Below, piece after piece: positions 39,092 to 49,167 of a stretch of 64,000 bases of DNA (its first letter is position 1; each line of letters starts with the position of its first letter). The notes beneath the pieces were generated by a model. That model worked only from the letters and a program-made list of their open reading frames with translations. It made no database searches and had not been told where the DNA came from. Position numbers and translations under genes: made by a program. This stretch comes from an uncultured Nitrososphaerota archaeon (GTDB lineage Archaea > Thermoproteota > EX4484-205 > JAAOZP01), in NCBI GenBank assembly GCA_964416155.1, contig CAYQCW010000003.1:157219-221218 (forward strand). Direction: 5' to 3'.

Positions 39092-39250
39092 CGATTCGAG
39101 ACAAAGGATACAGGATTTTAGCGCGTGCTCAACAAATTGAAAGAGAGAAGGGATGAATACGATCTGTGTATAAATGGGAATCAAACCCTATGTCTGGCTC
39201 AAGGATGAGAACCACTAAATTTTGTAAAAAGAGCCACGTATTAGTGCCGT

Positions 39251-40504
39251 TTACATCTCCCTTATCTGCCCAGAACCATAAACCACGTATTTCGTCGTAG
39301 TGATTTCCCTCAGGCCCATTGGCCCTCTTGCGTGAAGCTTCTGCGTGCTTATTCCTACTTCAGCGCCGAAGCCGAATTGGCCTCCGTCTGTGAACCTGGT
39401 TGAAGCGTTAACATATACTGTTGACGAGTCCACTAGTCTCGTGAATAATTCAGCCTCCTGCAGGTTGCTAGTTATTATTGCGTCGGAATGCTTTGAACCA
39501 TACTTGTTTATGTGCTGTATGGCTTCCTCCACGCTGTCCACTATTTTGACGGCGAGCGTTAGATCCATGTATTCCTCGTACCAGTCTTCCTCAGTGGCTT
39601 CAACCAGAGTTGGGACTATCGTCCTGCTCCTCTCGCACCCTTTGATTGCGACGTTGTAGCCTCTCAGAGTATCAACTAGCTTTGGAAGATATTTCTCCGC
39701 TATCTTACTGTGTACCAGGACTTTCCTAACAGCATTGCATACCGCAGGTCTTTGAATCTTAGCGTTCACTATTATCCTGGTGGCCATCTCTAGGTCAGCG
39801 TCCCAGTTCACGAAAATATGGCAGTTACCGGCCCCGGTTTCGATTATTGGTACTAGAGAGTTTTCCTTGACGAACCTGATGAACTGGGCGCTTCCCCTCG
39901 GGATTATGACATCTATGTATGTGTCCTGCTTCAGGAGTAAGCCAACGAGCTCTCTGCTGGGGTTCTCTATGAGTTGTATTGCCTCAGGGTTGACAAGGTT
40001 TTTCACAGCATCCCTCATTATTTCCACCAGTATTTTGTTCGAGTTTAACGCTTCCGAGCCTCCTCTAAGGACGACGGCGTTACCAGCCTTTAACGCTAAG
40101 CCGGTTATGTCTACTGTAACGTTGGGCCTAGCCTCATATATAACCCCAATAACCCCAAGCGGCACGCGGACCTTCCTTATTTCTAAGCCGTGTCTAGTTC
40201 TCCACCCTTCAACTATTTCCCAAACCGGGTCCGGTAGGGAAGCAACCTGGCGGAGGCCTTCAGCCATCTCCCTGACTCGTTTCTCGTTAAGCAACAGCCT
40301 GTCTACCAGAGACGATGAGGCCCCTTTTGCCTCCGCTGCTTCAACATCTCTCCTGTTCTCCCGTATTATTTCTTCCCTATGCTTCTCGATTTGTTCAGCC
40401 ATCTTTTCCAATGCAGCGTTTTTAACGGGTGTCGGAGTCATTCCGAGTTTCAGAGAAGCCTCCTTAGCCTTTCTGGATTTTTCAACGACCTCCTCCATCC
40501 CCAA
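39251..40504 (-). CDS. proA: Glutamate-5-semialdehyde dehydrogenase
   Basis: PLGVIGVIYEARPNVT, LRGGSEA, RPAVCNA, NASTRFTDGGQFGFGAEVGISTQKLHARGPMG. Confidence 0.96.
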   Translation of the reverse strand: MGMEEVVEKSRKAKEASLKLGMTPTPVKNAALEKMAEQIEKHREEIIRENRRDVEAAEAKGASSSLVDRLLLNEKRVREMAEGLRQVASLPDPVWEIVEGWRTRHGLEIRKVRVPLGVIGVIYEARPNVTVDITGLALKAGNAVVLRGGSEALNSNKILVEIMRDAVKNLVNPEAIQLIENPSRELVGLLLKQDTYIDVIIPRGSAQFIRFVKENSLVPIIETGAGNCHIFVNWDADLEMATRIIVNAKIQRPAVCNAVRKVLVHSKIAEKYLPKLVDTLRGYNVAIKGCERSRTIVPTLVEATEEDWYEEYMDLTLAVKIVDSVEEAIQHINKYGSKHSDAIITSNLQEAELFTRLVDSSTVYVNASTRFTDGGQFGFGAEVGISTQKLHARGPMGLREITTTKYVVYGSGQIREM

Positions 40505-40526
40505 CGCAGTCTTGAAGAAATCTTTC

Positions 40527-41348
40527 TTAAGACTTAAACCTTTTCCACAGTGGGCGAACTACGGTGCCAGCGTTTTCACCGTTCAGTATTTTCGCTATAA
40601 TGTTTCTCTTTAAACCGTTAGCTATCACTGTTGTGACCCCTGATCTAGAGGCTATTGCTGCCGCCTGAAGTTTGGAAAGCATGCCGCCTCTACCCAGAGC
40701 ACCGGGGGATCCTGCGAAAGAAAGAACCTTCCTGTTAACCTTCCTAAGCTCCTTAACAATTCTGACACCATTTTTAGTAGGCGTCATGAACCCGTCGACA
40801 TCAGTCAGCATTATGAGCAGGTCGGCACCTATTCTCGATGCTATGATGGCTGACAGCCTATCATTATCTCCAAACCTGACGGAGTCAGGCACATAAGGGT
40901 TTATTGGAACAAGTTCTTTAACAGAGATGGCGTCGTTCTCATTTATAATGGGGATCACGTCCTGCTCCATTAGGGCGGATAGAGTTCTCCAAAAATTCTT
41001 GTAGCGATACTTGTTCGCCAAATCCTCCTCTGTAAGAAGTATTTGAGCAGTGTTTATTCCATACTTGTTGAAATATTTCGTGTATAATGCCATCAGGGTT
41101 GGCTGCCCTATGGCTGCACAAACCTGTTTCATCGTAAGCTTCAAACTGCCCGGGGACGATTCTATCTTAAGCTTTGACAAGCCTGTTGCAATAGCACCAG
41201 AGGTCACTATGACTACCGCCTTCATCTTACTCCTGTTTTCCGCAATCTGCCTAACTATTTCCCTGACTCTCGCTTCGCTAATCCAGCCTTTAGAGTTTGC
41301 CAGCACGCTTGTGCCGATTTTAACCACGACCTCGGGTTTACGAGTCAA
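40527..41348 (-). CDS. proB: Glutamate 5-kinase (no PUA domain)
   Basis: VVKIGTS, VTSGAI, AAIGQ, INENDA, FGDNDRLS, GRGGMLSKL. Confidence 0.95.
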   Translation of the reverse strand: MTRKPEVVVKIGTSVLANSKGWISEARVREIVRQIAENRSKMKAVVIVTSGAIATGLSKLKIESSPGSLKLTMKQVCAAIGQPTLMALYTKYFNKYGINTAQILLTEEDLANKYRYKNFWRTLSALMEQDVIPIINENDAISVKELVPINPYVPDSVRFGDNDRLSAIIASRIGADLLIMLTDVDGFMTPTKNGVRIVKELRKVNRKVLSFAGSPGALGRGGMLSKLQAAAIASRSGVTTVIANGLKRNIIAKILNGENAGTVVRPLWKRFKS

Positions 41349-41412
41349 CCAGCGCCACTCGGTGACTAAAAAGGGGCTGAAACCATGTATTTAAGGACTA
41401 CGCTGGAAAAGC

Positions 41413-43638
41413 TTATTTCCCTATTGTAAAGCTTGCAGTCAACCCTCCTACAGTCACTATGAATATCCCTTCTTCAACGGTTTTTTCCGGGCCGTCCGTG
41501 TAGAAACCTAGCTCGTAAACAGGAATAGTGAAGCTTACTGTCTGCGTCTCGCCTGGCTGAAGCGTTATCTTTTGGAAACGGTATAGCTTTTTCACAGGCG
41601 TTGGTAGACTGCTTTCAACATCGCTCACATAAACCTGGACTACTTCACTACCTTCACGAGCCCCCGTGTTACTAACGTTCACGCTAATCGTGATTGTGCC
41701 TGTCAAAAGCGGTTCCGTCGGAGTAATATTTAGGCAACTGTATTCGAACGTCGTATAGCTGAGCCCATATCCAAACTCGAAAAGCGGGTCATATTCTTCA
41801 TTGGACCGACGATCATAGTTTATCGGTTCTTGAGCAGTAGACTTAGGCCATGAGCGCGGCAGCTTTCCACTAGGATTATAGTCGCCGAATAAAACGTCCG
41901 CCACACCCTGGCCTTCAGTCCCTGGGAGCCAAGCCATCAGAAAAGCATCCCACTCGGGCAGCCTGTTTTCTATGCCTGTTAAGGGTCGGCCGGCAATCAT
42001 TATAACGACCGTTGGGGTTCCCGAGGCAACAACCCTGTCTATTATCTTAAGCTGCTCCTCGGGCAGGTCTAGGCTCTCCCTGTCGCCAAGAAATTCAGCG
42101 TAGGGGGTTTCCCCAACTACGACAATCCCCACGTCATAGGGGCCAGCTATATTGCTAGCGTTTTCGTCGAATATGATCTTGGTGCTCTGGGAAACTGTTT
42201 TCCGGATAGCCTCCAGAATAGTTGTTCCGATAGTAATGTCACCGCTGCTTCCCTGCCAGGTGATTGTCCAGCCGCCGCATTGGTTCCCAATATCATTTGC
42301 ATTCGGACCTGCGACAAAGATCCTACTCACGTTTTTAGGTATTGGAAGAATACCGTTGTTCTTCAGCAGCACCATACTTTCACGGACTGCTTGACGGGCA
42401 ACCTCCCTGTGCACAGCATTACCGACAATCGAGGAAAGACTTTCATCCGCATAAGGATTCTCGAAGAGGCCTAGACGGAATTTAACCACCAGAATCCTGT
42501 AGACTGCCTCGTCTATTCTGCTCAACGGGATCTCGCCGCTGTTAACAAGGTCTCTGAGCGTGGCTTGAAACATTTTCCAGGTGCTTGGAACCATCGCCAT
42601 ATCTATTCCTGCCTCAATGCTTTTCTTAACCGCGTTCCTATAGGACGGGTCAACCTGGCTTATTGCCTCCCAGTCAGAAACCAGTAGGCCTTTAAACCCC
42701 AGCTCAACCTTTAAAACATCGGTCAGAAAGAATCTACTTCCATGTATCTTCTCACCGTTAATACTGCAGTAAGAAGCCATTACTGACCCTACTCCAGCGT
42801 TAACCGCACCTATGAAGGGTTCGAGATGCTTTTCCCGGAGTATTCTCAGCGGCCCTTGGAAATCCCCTTGATCCCTGCCATTGATGGTTCCACCTGAACC
42901 CATGTAATGCTTAGCCGTAGCCAGAACAGTATCATCCCGGTCAAGCCCACCACCCTCGTATCCCTTAACCGCGCTTATCGCCATTATCTTAACTAGATAC
43001 GGGTCTTCGCTGAAGGACTCGTATGTTCTGCCCCATCGATCGTCTCTGGCGACGTCGATGCACGGTGAGAAAGTCCAGCGGATGCCTGTAGCCCTCACCT
43101 CGATCGCCGTGATATGGGCACACTCTTTAACCAGTTCAGGGTTCCATGTCGCACCCATCCCAATGTTATGGGGGAAAATCACAGCGCCGTAAACATTGTT
43201 ATGCCCGTGAACAGCGTCAATACCATATAGAATTGGAATCCCTAGACGTGTTCCTTCAACAGCCTGTCTTTGATACTCGTTGTACATCTTAGCCCAGTTG
43301 GAAGGAACGTTAGGAACAGGGCAGGATCCCCCGCCGCTCAAAAGCCCGCCTAGATTGTAAGTAGATATGTCTGAGATGCTGCTTATCGATTGCCGGTCTG
43401 GAAGAGTCATTTGACCGATTTTCTCGTCAAGCGTCATTCGAGAAAGAAGGTCGAGAGCCCTCTCCTCGGGAGAGAGATGCGGGTTACGGTACGGTGCTGT
43501 TGAAGGAGGGGGTTGAGGTGGGGGAGGCCTAGTCGTGAAAACAACTGTTAAGTAAACGCATATTACGGTCACAACTATAATAATAACTCCGGCTATGACC
43601 TTTCTTGACTTTTCTGTTTCTTCTGAGGTTTGCGTCAA
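41413..43638 (-). CDS. Membrane-anchored GH3 beta-glucosidase
   Basis: RMTLDEKIGQM, DAVHG, RWGRTYE, AKHY, VSDW nucleophile, FnIII tail; TM plus Pro-rich linker at N-terminus (TTG start inferred). Confidence 0.9.
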   Translation of the reverse strand: MTQTSEETEKSRKVIAGVIIIVVTVICVYLTVVFTTRPPPPQPPPSTAPYRNPHLSPEERALDLLSRMTLDEKIGQMTLPDRQSISSISDISTYNLGGLLSGGGSCPVPNVPSNWAKMYNEYQRQAVEGTRLGIPILYGIDAVHGHNNVYGAVIFPHNIGMGATWNPELVKECAHITAIEVRATGIRWTFSPCIDVARDDRWGRTYESFSEDPYLVKIMAISAVKGYEGGGLDRDDTVLATAKHYMGSGGTINGRDQGDFQGPLRILREKHLEPFIGAVNAGVGSVMASYCSINGEKIHGSRFFLTDVLKVELGFKGLLVSDWEAISQVDPSYRNAVKKSIEAGIDMAMVPSTWKMFQATLRDLVNSGEIPLSRIDEAVYRILVVKFRLGLFENPYADESLSSIVGNAVHREVARQAVRESMVLLKNNGILPIPKNVSRIFVAGPNANDIGNQCGGWTITWQGSSGDITIGTTILEAIRKTVSQSTKIIFDENASNIAGPYDVGIVVVGETPYAEFLGDRESLDLPEEQLKIIDRVVASGTPTVVIMIAGRPLTGIENRLPEWDAFLMAWLPGTEGQGVADVLFGDYNPSGKLPRSWPKSTAQEPINYDRRSNEEYDPLFEFGYGLSYTTFEYSCLNITPTEPLLTGTITISVNVSNTGAREGSEVVQVYVSDVESSLPTPVKKLYRFQKITLQPGETQTVSFTIPVYELGFYTDGPEKTVEEGIFIVTVGGLTASFTIGK

Positions 43639-43939
43639 CAAGTGAAGCAAGGATGCGAGAAGAATAGGGGGCAAGAGTATTGTTTCTACTTTCGCTTGGT
43701 TTAAACCGGTTTTCCATGGACTTGTCTGTAGACTTAAAGAAAAAACGCATAGTGCCAAGAGCATTTTGAAGACCGGGAGACCTTTTTCCAACTCTCTCAC
43801 CAAGACATCTGAACATCCTTCTGAAACTCATATTTAAACTATTTAATACAGATTTAGGATTGAAAGCGTCTTCGACCTGCTAAGCTATCAACTGGTAAAG
43901 GAAGAGCAGAAATAACGAGATGTGGTTCAAGCAGGGTGG

Positions 43940-44660
43940 CTACGGTTTCCTCCCCACGGATATTATGTAGAGCGGTTGCTCTTCATCCGGAAGACTTAGG
44001 ACCGCCTTAACCTGCTCATCGTAAAAGACGCCGACAGTTACAACACCCAGGTTCAAGGCTGCTGCTTGCAGGCATATGTTTTGAGCAACGTGGCCAGCCT
44101 CTAAATGCACGTATCTAATCCCTCTCTCACCGTATTTCCTAGTGGCCCGTTCATACACTGCGGCTATTACGATGTCTACGGCGATATTCCTCACACATGC
44201 TTGACCGAGCAGCTTCAGCTAAAGAGACCCTCTTATCACCATCCAGAACCCTAATAACCTCGTTCCCTTCCGACACATACTTGTATACACCGGGAGCAAG
44301 ATCCCCCACGTCCCCAACTATAAGATAAACCTCAAGAGGGTAGAGGGCCCCGGCGGAAGGAGCCGTTCTTAACCCCTGTGGGTCAGTAATGCCCTTGGCA
44401 GCCCAAAGCAATTGAGAAACCTCCTGCAAGGTTAAGCGTGCGCTAGCATATTCTCTTACTGATCTTCTTTTAAGCAGAGCCTCTTCAACAGAAATCTCGC
44501 TCTCATAGCGAGGCTCAGGAAGCCTCAGCCTCGTCGCGTTAATCCAAACAGGAGCATGGCTCCGAGCCGGATGTAGGAAAAAGTATGGGGATAAGGCGGC
44601 TATCAGAATTATTGAGACAAATATCGCGACTGTTAAAACACGTTTGCCCCCCATAGCCAA
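43940..44660 (-). pseudogene. SagB/ThcOx-family nitroreductase-like dehydrogenase with N-terminal TM, frameshifted
   Basis: RRSVREY, RTAPSAGALYP, then KYGERGIRYVHLEAGHVAQN in another frame. Confidence 0.85.
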
Positions 44661-44828
44661 GTTTCATGATTTATTTAGAACAGATAGTGTCAATTAAATG
44701 TAACGTACTTAGGATGCGGACAGCAGGATAAGGATTGGAAAATTTCAACCACTACATTAATAGTGCGCCAGCTGAATAGAAGTGTTAATGGCTTCGAGAC
44801 GGGTTTCTAACTTGACTCATCTGAGAAA

Positions 44829-44930
44829 TGCGGGGGGTGGGATTTGAACCCACGAACCCCTACGGGACTGGAGCCTCAGTCCAGCGCCTTTAACCTAGCT
44901 TTGCCGCTTCTTGGCTTTGGCGACCCCCGC
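44829..44930 (-). tRNA. tRNA-Leu(GAG) with intron at 14/15 (44900..44916)
   Basis: CTGGA-CTGAGGC-TCCAG arm, long variable arm; relaxed BHB; spliced 85 nt. Confidence 0.92.
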
Positions 44931-45198
44931 CTGTCAATTTTTATGCAGTGGTGGATTAAAAGTTTTTTGATTCATTGGTAATGCGTATTGCCCCTTCTGG
45001 AGGTTTTAGCAAAGGGGGTTATTTTACAGGAATCTGCAGGGTTAACCTTCTATTCTGACTCGTATCTTTTAGGAAGTGAGAGTTGCAACGGGGTTCTCAA
45101 TGTCCTTTTCCGCCTAAATATGATGCCTCTTTAGTTTTAGAAGAGCTAGAATGGATAAAGTTTATTTAACTTATCCCAAGGGTTTTAAAAGAGGTTAG

Positions 45199-46410
45199 TT
45201 GGCAATAAACGTGAATCAACTGCGGACATACCCTGTTCCCAAGCAGAAGATAGAGATTGTTGAGAGGAAGGGGCTCGGCCACCCGGATACCATTTCAGAC
45301 ATGATTATGAACGAGCTTTCAGTTGAGCTCTGCCGGCTCTACCTTAAGGAGTTTAACATGGTTCTCCACTATAATCTTGATAAGAGCCTGCTGGTTGCCG
45401 GCGAGTCTGAGACGAGGTTCGGAGGAGGGGTTGTTAAGAAGCCGATGAAGCTTATTTTCGGAGATAGGGCAACCTATAGTTTCAACGGCAGGGAGCTGCC
45501 TATAGAGAAGCTTGCCGTAGATTCTGCTAAGAAATGGTTCCGGAGGAACCTGAGGTTCGTCGATCCGGATAAGCATGTTTCCTACGAGGTTCAGATAGGA
45601 AGGAGTGCGGCGAACCTAGCTGACATTTTTAAGCGGGGAGGAGAGTTTCTGGGCGCTAACGATACTTCCGCAGCTGTGGGGTATGCTCCTTTATCCCCGC
45701 TTGAGAATCTTGTTCTAGATGTTGAGCGACATTTGAACAGCGAGGATTTTAAGAAGGAGTTTGAGGAAACCGGGGAGGATGTAAAGGTTATGGGTTATAG
45801 GATAGATAGCATGGTTGACCTGACTATAGCAATGTCCTACGTGGACCGCTTCATAGACCGCGAGGAGGCCTATTTCAGGTTTAAGAAGGAGGTTGTTGAA
45901 CATTTGAAGACTTACATTGAGGACAATTATGATTTTAAGAAAGTAAACATCACCCTGAATAGTCTGGATACTAGGGGGAGAGGGGAAGACGGAATATATT
46001 TGACTGTCACCGGTACTTCCGCTGAGGCAGGAGACAGCGGACAGGTTGGCAGGGGTAATCGGGTGAACGGGGTTATAGCCCTGTTGAGGCCTGCAGGTTC
46101 AGAAGCTGCTGCCGGCAAGAATCCTGTCAGCCATGTTGGAAAAATATATAATCTTTTATCGTTTAAAATTGCTAACGATATAATTGAAAAGGTTGATGGT
46201 GTTGAGGAGGTTTACGTATGGCTTCTCAGCCAGATAGGAGTACCTGTTAACAAACCTAAGCTGGTTTCAGTGCAAGTGATTCTGGAAGAAGGGTTGACCA
46301 TGGAGGTTCTGGAGAAGCCTATAGCGGAGGTTGTTGAGGAAAGTCTAAGCGACGATTCGCTAAGGAGCTTCATAAATGATCTGATAGAGGGAAAACTGAG
46401 AGTATGCTAA
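45199..46410 (+). CDS. mat: Archaeal S-adenosylmethionine synthetase
   Basis: ERKGLGHPDT, ANDTS, GEDVKVMG, SAEAGDSGQVGRGNR, AGKNPVSHVGK. Confidence 0.95.
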   Translation: MAINVNQLRTYPVPKQKIEIVERKGLGHPDTISDMIMNELSVELCRLYLKEFNMVLHYNLDKSLLVAGESETRFGGGVVKKPMKLIFGDRATYSFNGRELPIEKLAVDSAKKWFRRNLRFVDPDKHVSYEVQIGRSAANLADIFKRGGEFLGANDTSAAVGYAPLSPLENLVLDVERHLNSEDFKKEFEETGEDVKVMGYRIDSMVDLTIAMSYVDRFIDREEAYFRFKKEVVEHLKTYIEDNYDFKKVNITLNSLDTRGRGEDGIYLTVTGTSAEAGDSGQVGRGNRVNGVIALLRPAGSEAAAGKNPVSHVGKIYNLLSFKIANDIIEKVDGVEEVYVWLLSQIGVPVNKPKLVSVQVILEEGLTMEVLEKPIAEVVEESLSDDSLRSFINDLIEGKLRVC

Positions 46411-47846
46411 GCCAAGAGGAAACCAGCAAGCTTAAGATAGGTCTTGAAATCCACGTGCAGTTAACAAATCTGAAAACCAAGCTTTTCTGTCCTTGTCCTT
46501 CTGACTATCGCGGTAAGAAGCCGAACGAAAACGTTTGCCCAGTCTGCCTAGGACTGCCCGGCACGCTGCCGCAGGTTAACAGCAAGGCTATTGAAAGCGC
46601 GATAGCTGTTTGCCTCGCATTCAAGGCGAAAGTACAACCCTATGTTGTTTTCAGCCGGAAGAATTATTTCTATCCAGATATGAATAAGAACTATCAGATA
46701 ACGCAGTACGACAAGGCGGGGGGAGCGACGATAGGTGTCGGAGGACATGTCACGATAAACATGGAGGGGGAGAGGAGAGAAATACCTTTCAAGAGAATAC
46801 AGCTCGAGGAAGACCCTGGTAGACTGGTCCATGTGGAAAAAGGAAGGATCAGGAAAACCTACATAGACTACAACAGGGCAGGAATAGCCCTCATAGAGAT
46901 CGTCACAGAGCCGGTTATGCACCAGCCTAAAGAGGCACGTCTAGTCTTAGAGAAAGTGCAGACAACCCTAGAGCATCTTGGTGTTCTCGACCCCTCCTTC
47001 GAGGGTTCCATGAGGTGTGATGCAAATGTTTCTTACGCCGGAGGGGCGAGGGTAGAAATTAAAAACATCAGCTCCTTTAGAGAGGTGGAGCAGGCGTTAC
47101 GTTTCGAAGAACTAAGGTTAGCTTATCTTCCTAAGCTGGAGAGCACTGTTACGAAAAGATGGGGAGAAAAAGAGGGGGTTACAGCAACATCTAGGGAGAA
47201 GGAAACTGAGGAGGATTATCGTTACTTCCCTGAGCCCGACATTCCACCGATACTGGTTGACGAGAAGATTGTTGAGAGGATTAGAGGGTGCTTGCCTGAG
47301 CTGCCTGATGAACGGCTAGAAAGATTTATGAGAACCTACGGGTTGCCTGAAAAATTGGCTTCAATCCTAGTGATGGAGAAGCCCGTTGCAGACTTCTTTG
47401 AAGAAGCATTACAGTTTTTAAATGATCCTAGGGAGGTTGCATACTGGCTTACTAATGAGGTTGTGAGAAGATGGCGGGAGTGTGGCGTGGACTATAGAAA
47501 AAGCAAGTTTAAGCCTAAGAATCTAGCGAAGCTTGTCAACATGGTTAAGGTGGGTGCTTTGACCCCCCGTATGGCGAAAAGTATTCTCTGGGATGTGGTT
47601 TTAACAGGTGAAGATGTTGAAGAGCATATTGAGCGGAAAGGCATCAGCATAATAAGGGATCTAAGCATGCTCAGACAAATGGTTCTAAATGTTTTAGAGG
47701 AAAATCCGGGTCTTAGAGAAAATGCTTCAAAGAATAGGCGGATAGTTGATTTTATATGTGGAGAAGTTCAAAAGAAGCTCGATGGAAGAGCAGACCCGAT
47801 TATTCTCAGGGATGAGGTAAAGAGGCTGATTGAGGGGGACAATTGA
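46404..47846 (+). CDS. gatB: Asp-tRNA(Asn)/Glu-tRNA(Gln) amidotransferase subunit B
   Basis: IGLEIHVQL, RKNYFYPD, DYNRAG, RCDANVS, YRYFPEPD. Confidence 0.95.
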   Translation: MLSQEETSKLKIGLEIHVQLTNLKTKLFCPCPSDYRGKKPNENVCPVCLGLPGTLPQVNSKAIESAIAVCLAFKAKVQPYVVFSRKNYFYPDMNKNYQITQYDKAGGATIGVGGHVTINMEGERREIPFKRIQLEEDPGRLVHVEKGRIRKTYIDYNRAGIALIEIVTEPVMHQPKEARLVLEKVQTTLEHLGVLDPSFEGSMRCDANVSYAGGARVEIKNISSFREVEQALRFEELRLAYLPKLESTVTKRWGEKEGVTATSREKETEEDYRYFPEPDIPPILVDEKIVERIRGCLPELPDERLERFMRTYGLPEKLASILVMEKPVADFFEEALQFLNDPREVAYWLTNEVVRRWRECGVDYRKSKFKPKNLAKLVNMVKVGALTPRMAKSILWDVVLTGEDVEEHIERKGISIIRDLSMLRQMVLNVLEENPGLRENASKNRRIVDFICGEVQKKLDGRADPIILRDEVKRLIEGDN

Positions 47847-49165
47847 AAATGCTTGAAAGCCTTTCAGAGAGGCTTCAAAATGCACTCAAGTTCATTACTA
47901 GACAGGCCTATGTAAGTGAGAAAGAGGTTGCGGAATATTTGCGGGAGGTTCAACGAGCACTGATAATGGGAGATGTTGACGTCAAGCTTGTAAGCCAGCT
48001 TACTGAAGAGATTAAGAAAGAGTTTAAAGAGACGAGAGAAGAGTACGGAGTATCCTTAAAAGACAGGGTTGTCTATGCAACTTACCAAGGTCTTATCCGG
48101 ATTCTTGGAGGCGAGAAGAAGGCGCTTCGCATCGTGCCCAATCAGCTCAACATCTTCGTCTTTATGGGAATACAGGGTTCAGGGAAGACTACAAGCGTCG
48201 GCAAGGTTGCCTATCTTCTCAAGAGAAAAAATAGAAGGGTGGGGGTTATATCTGGTGATGTTTTCAGACCGGGTGCTGCAGACCAGCTAAGGCAACTTTT
48301 AGAGGGGATTGGCATACCGCTTTACGCAGAGCCTTTAGGAAAATCGTCCGTAGAAATCATAAAAAACGGCATAAAATGGGCTAAAGGGATAGATCTTGAA
48401 GTTGTTCTCGTAGATACTGCTGGGAGACATAGGTCAGAAGCGTCCTTAATGGACGAAATGAAGCAGATAATAGATGAGGTTAACCCTACTGCAACAATAC
48501 TTGTCATAGACGCTATGATAGGCCAGCAGGCTAGGGCTCAGGCAGAAGCCTTCAACAAGGTTGCGAAAGTAGGATATGTCATAGTTACTAAGCTAGACGG
48601 TTCGGCTAAGGGCGGCGGAGCTCTTTCAGCGGTTGCCTCTGTTGGGGCACCAATTATATTCGTAGGAGTTGGCGAAGACCTTGAAGAGTTCGAAGAGTTC
48701 GACCCGGTTAAATTTGTTTCCCGGCTGCTTGGAAGACCGGATTTAGAATCCATAGTTGCTAGGGTCCAACAAATGTCTAAGGAGGAGCGGCTTAGAATGC
48801 AGAAAATGGCTCAGGGCAAGTTCACTATCGAAGAATTCATACAGCAGCTTGAATCTGTAAGAAAAATCGGTGATCTTCAAGCATTATTATCTAATCTTCC
48901 CGGTGGAAGAAAGCCGGATAAGAAGGAGCTGGAGGAGTTTATGAGGAAGTTAAAAAGATGGAAGGCGATTGTAAACTCGATGAATATGGAGGAGAGAAAT
49001 GATGTTACTATAATAGACTCCTCGCGAGTCAAACGTATTGCAAGAGGATCGGGAACTTCAGAGAAAGATGTTAGAGAACTCATAAAACAATATACTGCCA
49101 CAAAAAAAGCCGTCAGGAAAATGTCCAAAGAAGCTTTAAGAAAGCTTTCTTATTTGAGGTTTTAA
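47843..49165 (+). CDS. srp54: Signal recognition particle protein SRP54
   Basis: GIQGSGKTT, DTAGRH, TKLDGSAKGGG, RIARGSG M-domain. Confidence 0.95.
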   Translation: MKMLESLSERLQNALKFITRQAYVSEKEVAEYLREVQRALIMGDVDVKLVSQLTEEIKKEFKETREEYGVSLKDRVVYATYQGLIRILGGEKKALRIVPNQLNIFVFMGIQGSGKTTSVGKVAYLLKRKNRRVGVISGDVFRPGAADQLRQLLEGIGIPLYAEPLGKSSVEIIKNGIKWAKGIDLEVVLVDTAGRHRSEASLMDEMKQIIDEVNPTATILVIDAMIGQQARAQAEAFNKVAKVGYVIVTKLDGSAKGGGALSAVASVGAPIIFVGVGEDLEEFEEFDPVKFVSRLLGRPDLESIVARVQQMSKEERLRMQKMAQGKFTIEEFIQQLESVRKIGDLQALLSNLPGGRKPDKKELEEFMRKLKRWKAIVNSMNMEERNDVTIIDSSRVKRIARGSGTSEKDVRELIKQYTATKKAVRKMSKEALRKLSYLRF

Positions 49166-49167
49166 AA

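Noticed and set aside
8228-40613. Long antisense ORFs (for example 8228..8914, 14381..15178, 39780..40613)
   Set aside because: Shadow frames opposite well-supported genes, with no recognisable motifs
43940-44660. SagB-like dehydrogenase as the RiPP maturase for the Cys-rich peptide
   Set aside because: No YcaO cyclodehydratase nearby, 8 kb away, frameshifted; stand-alone members are common
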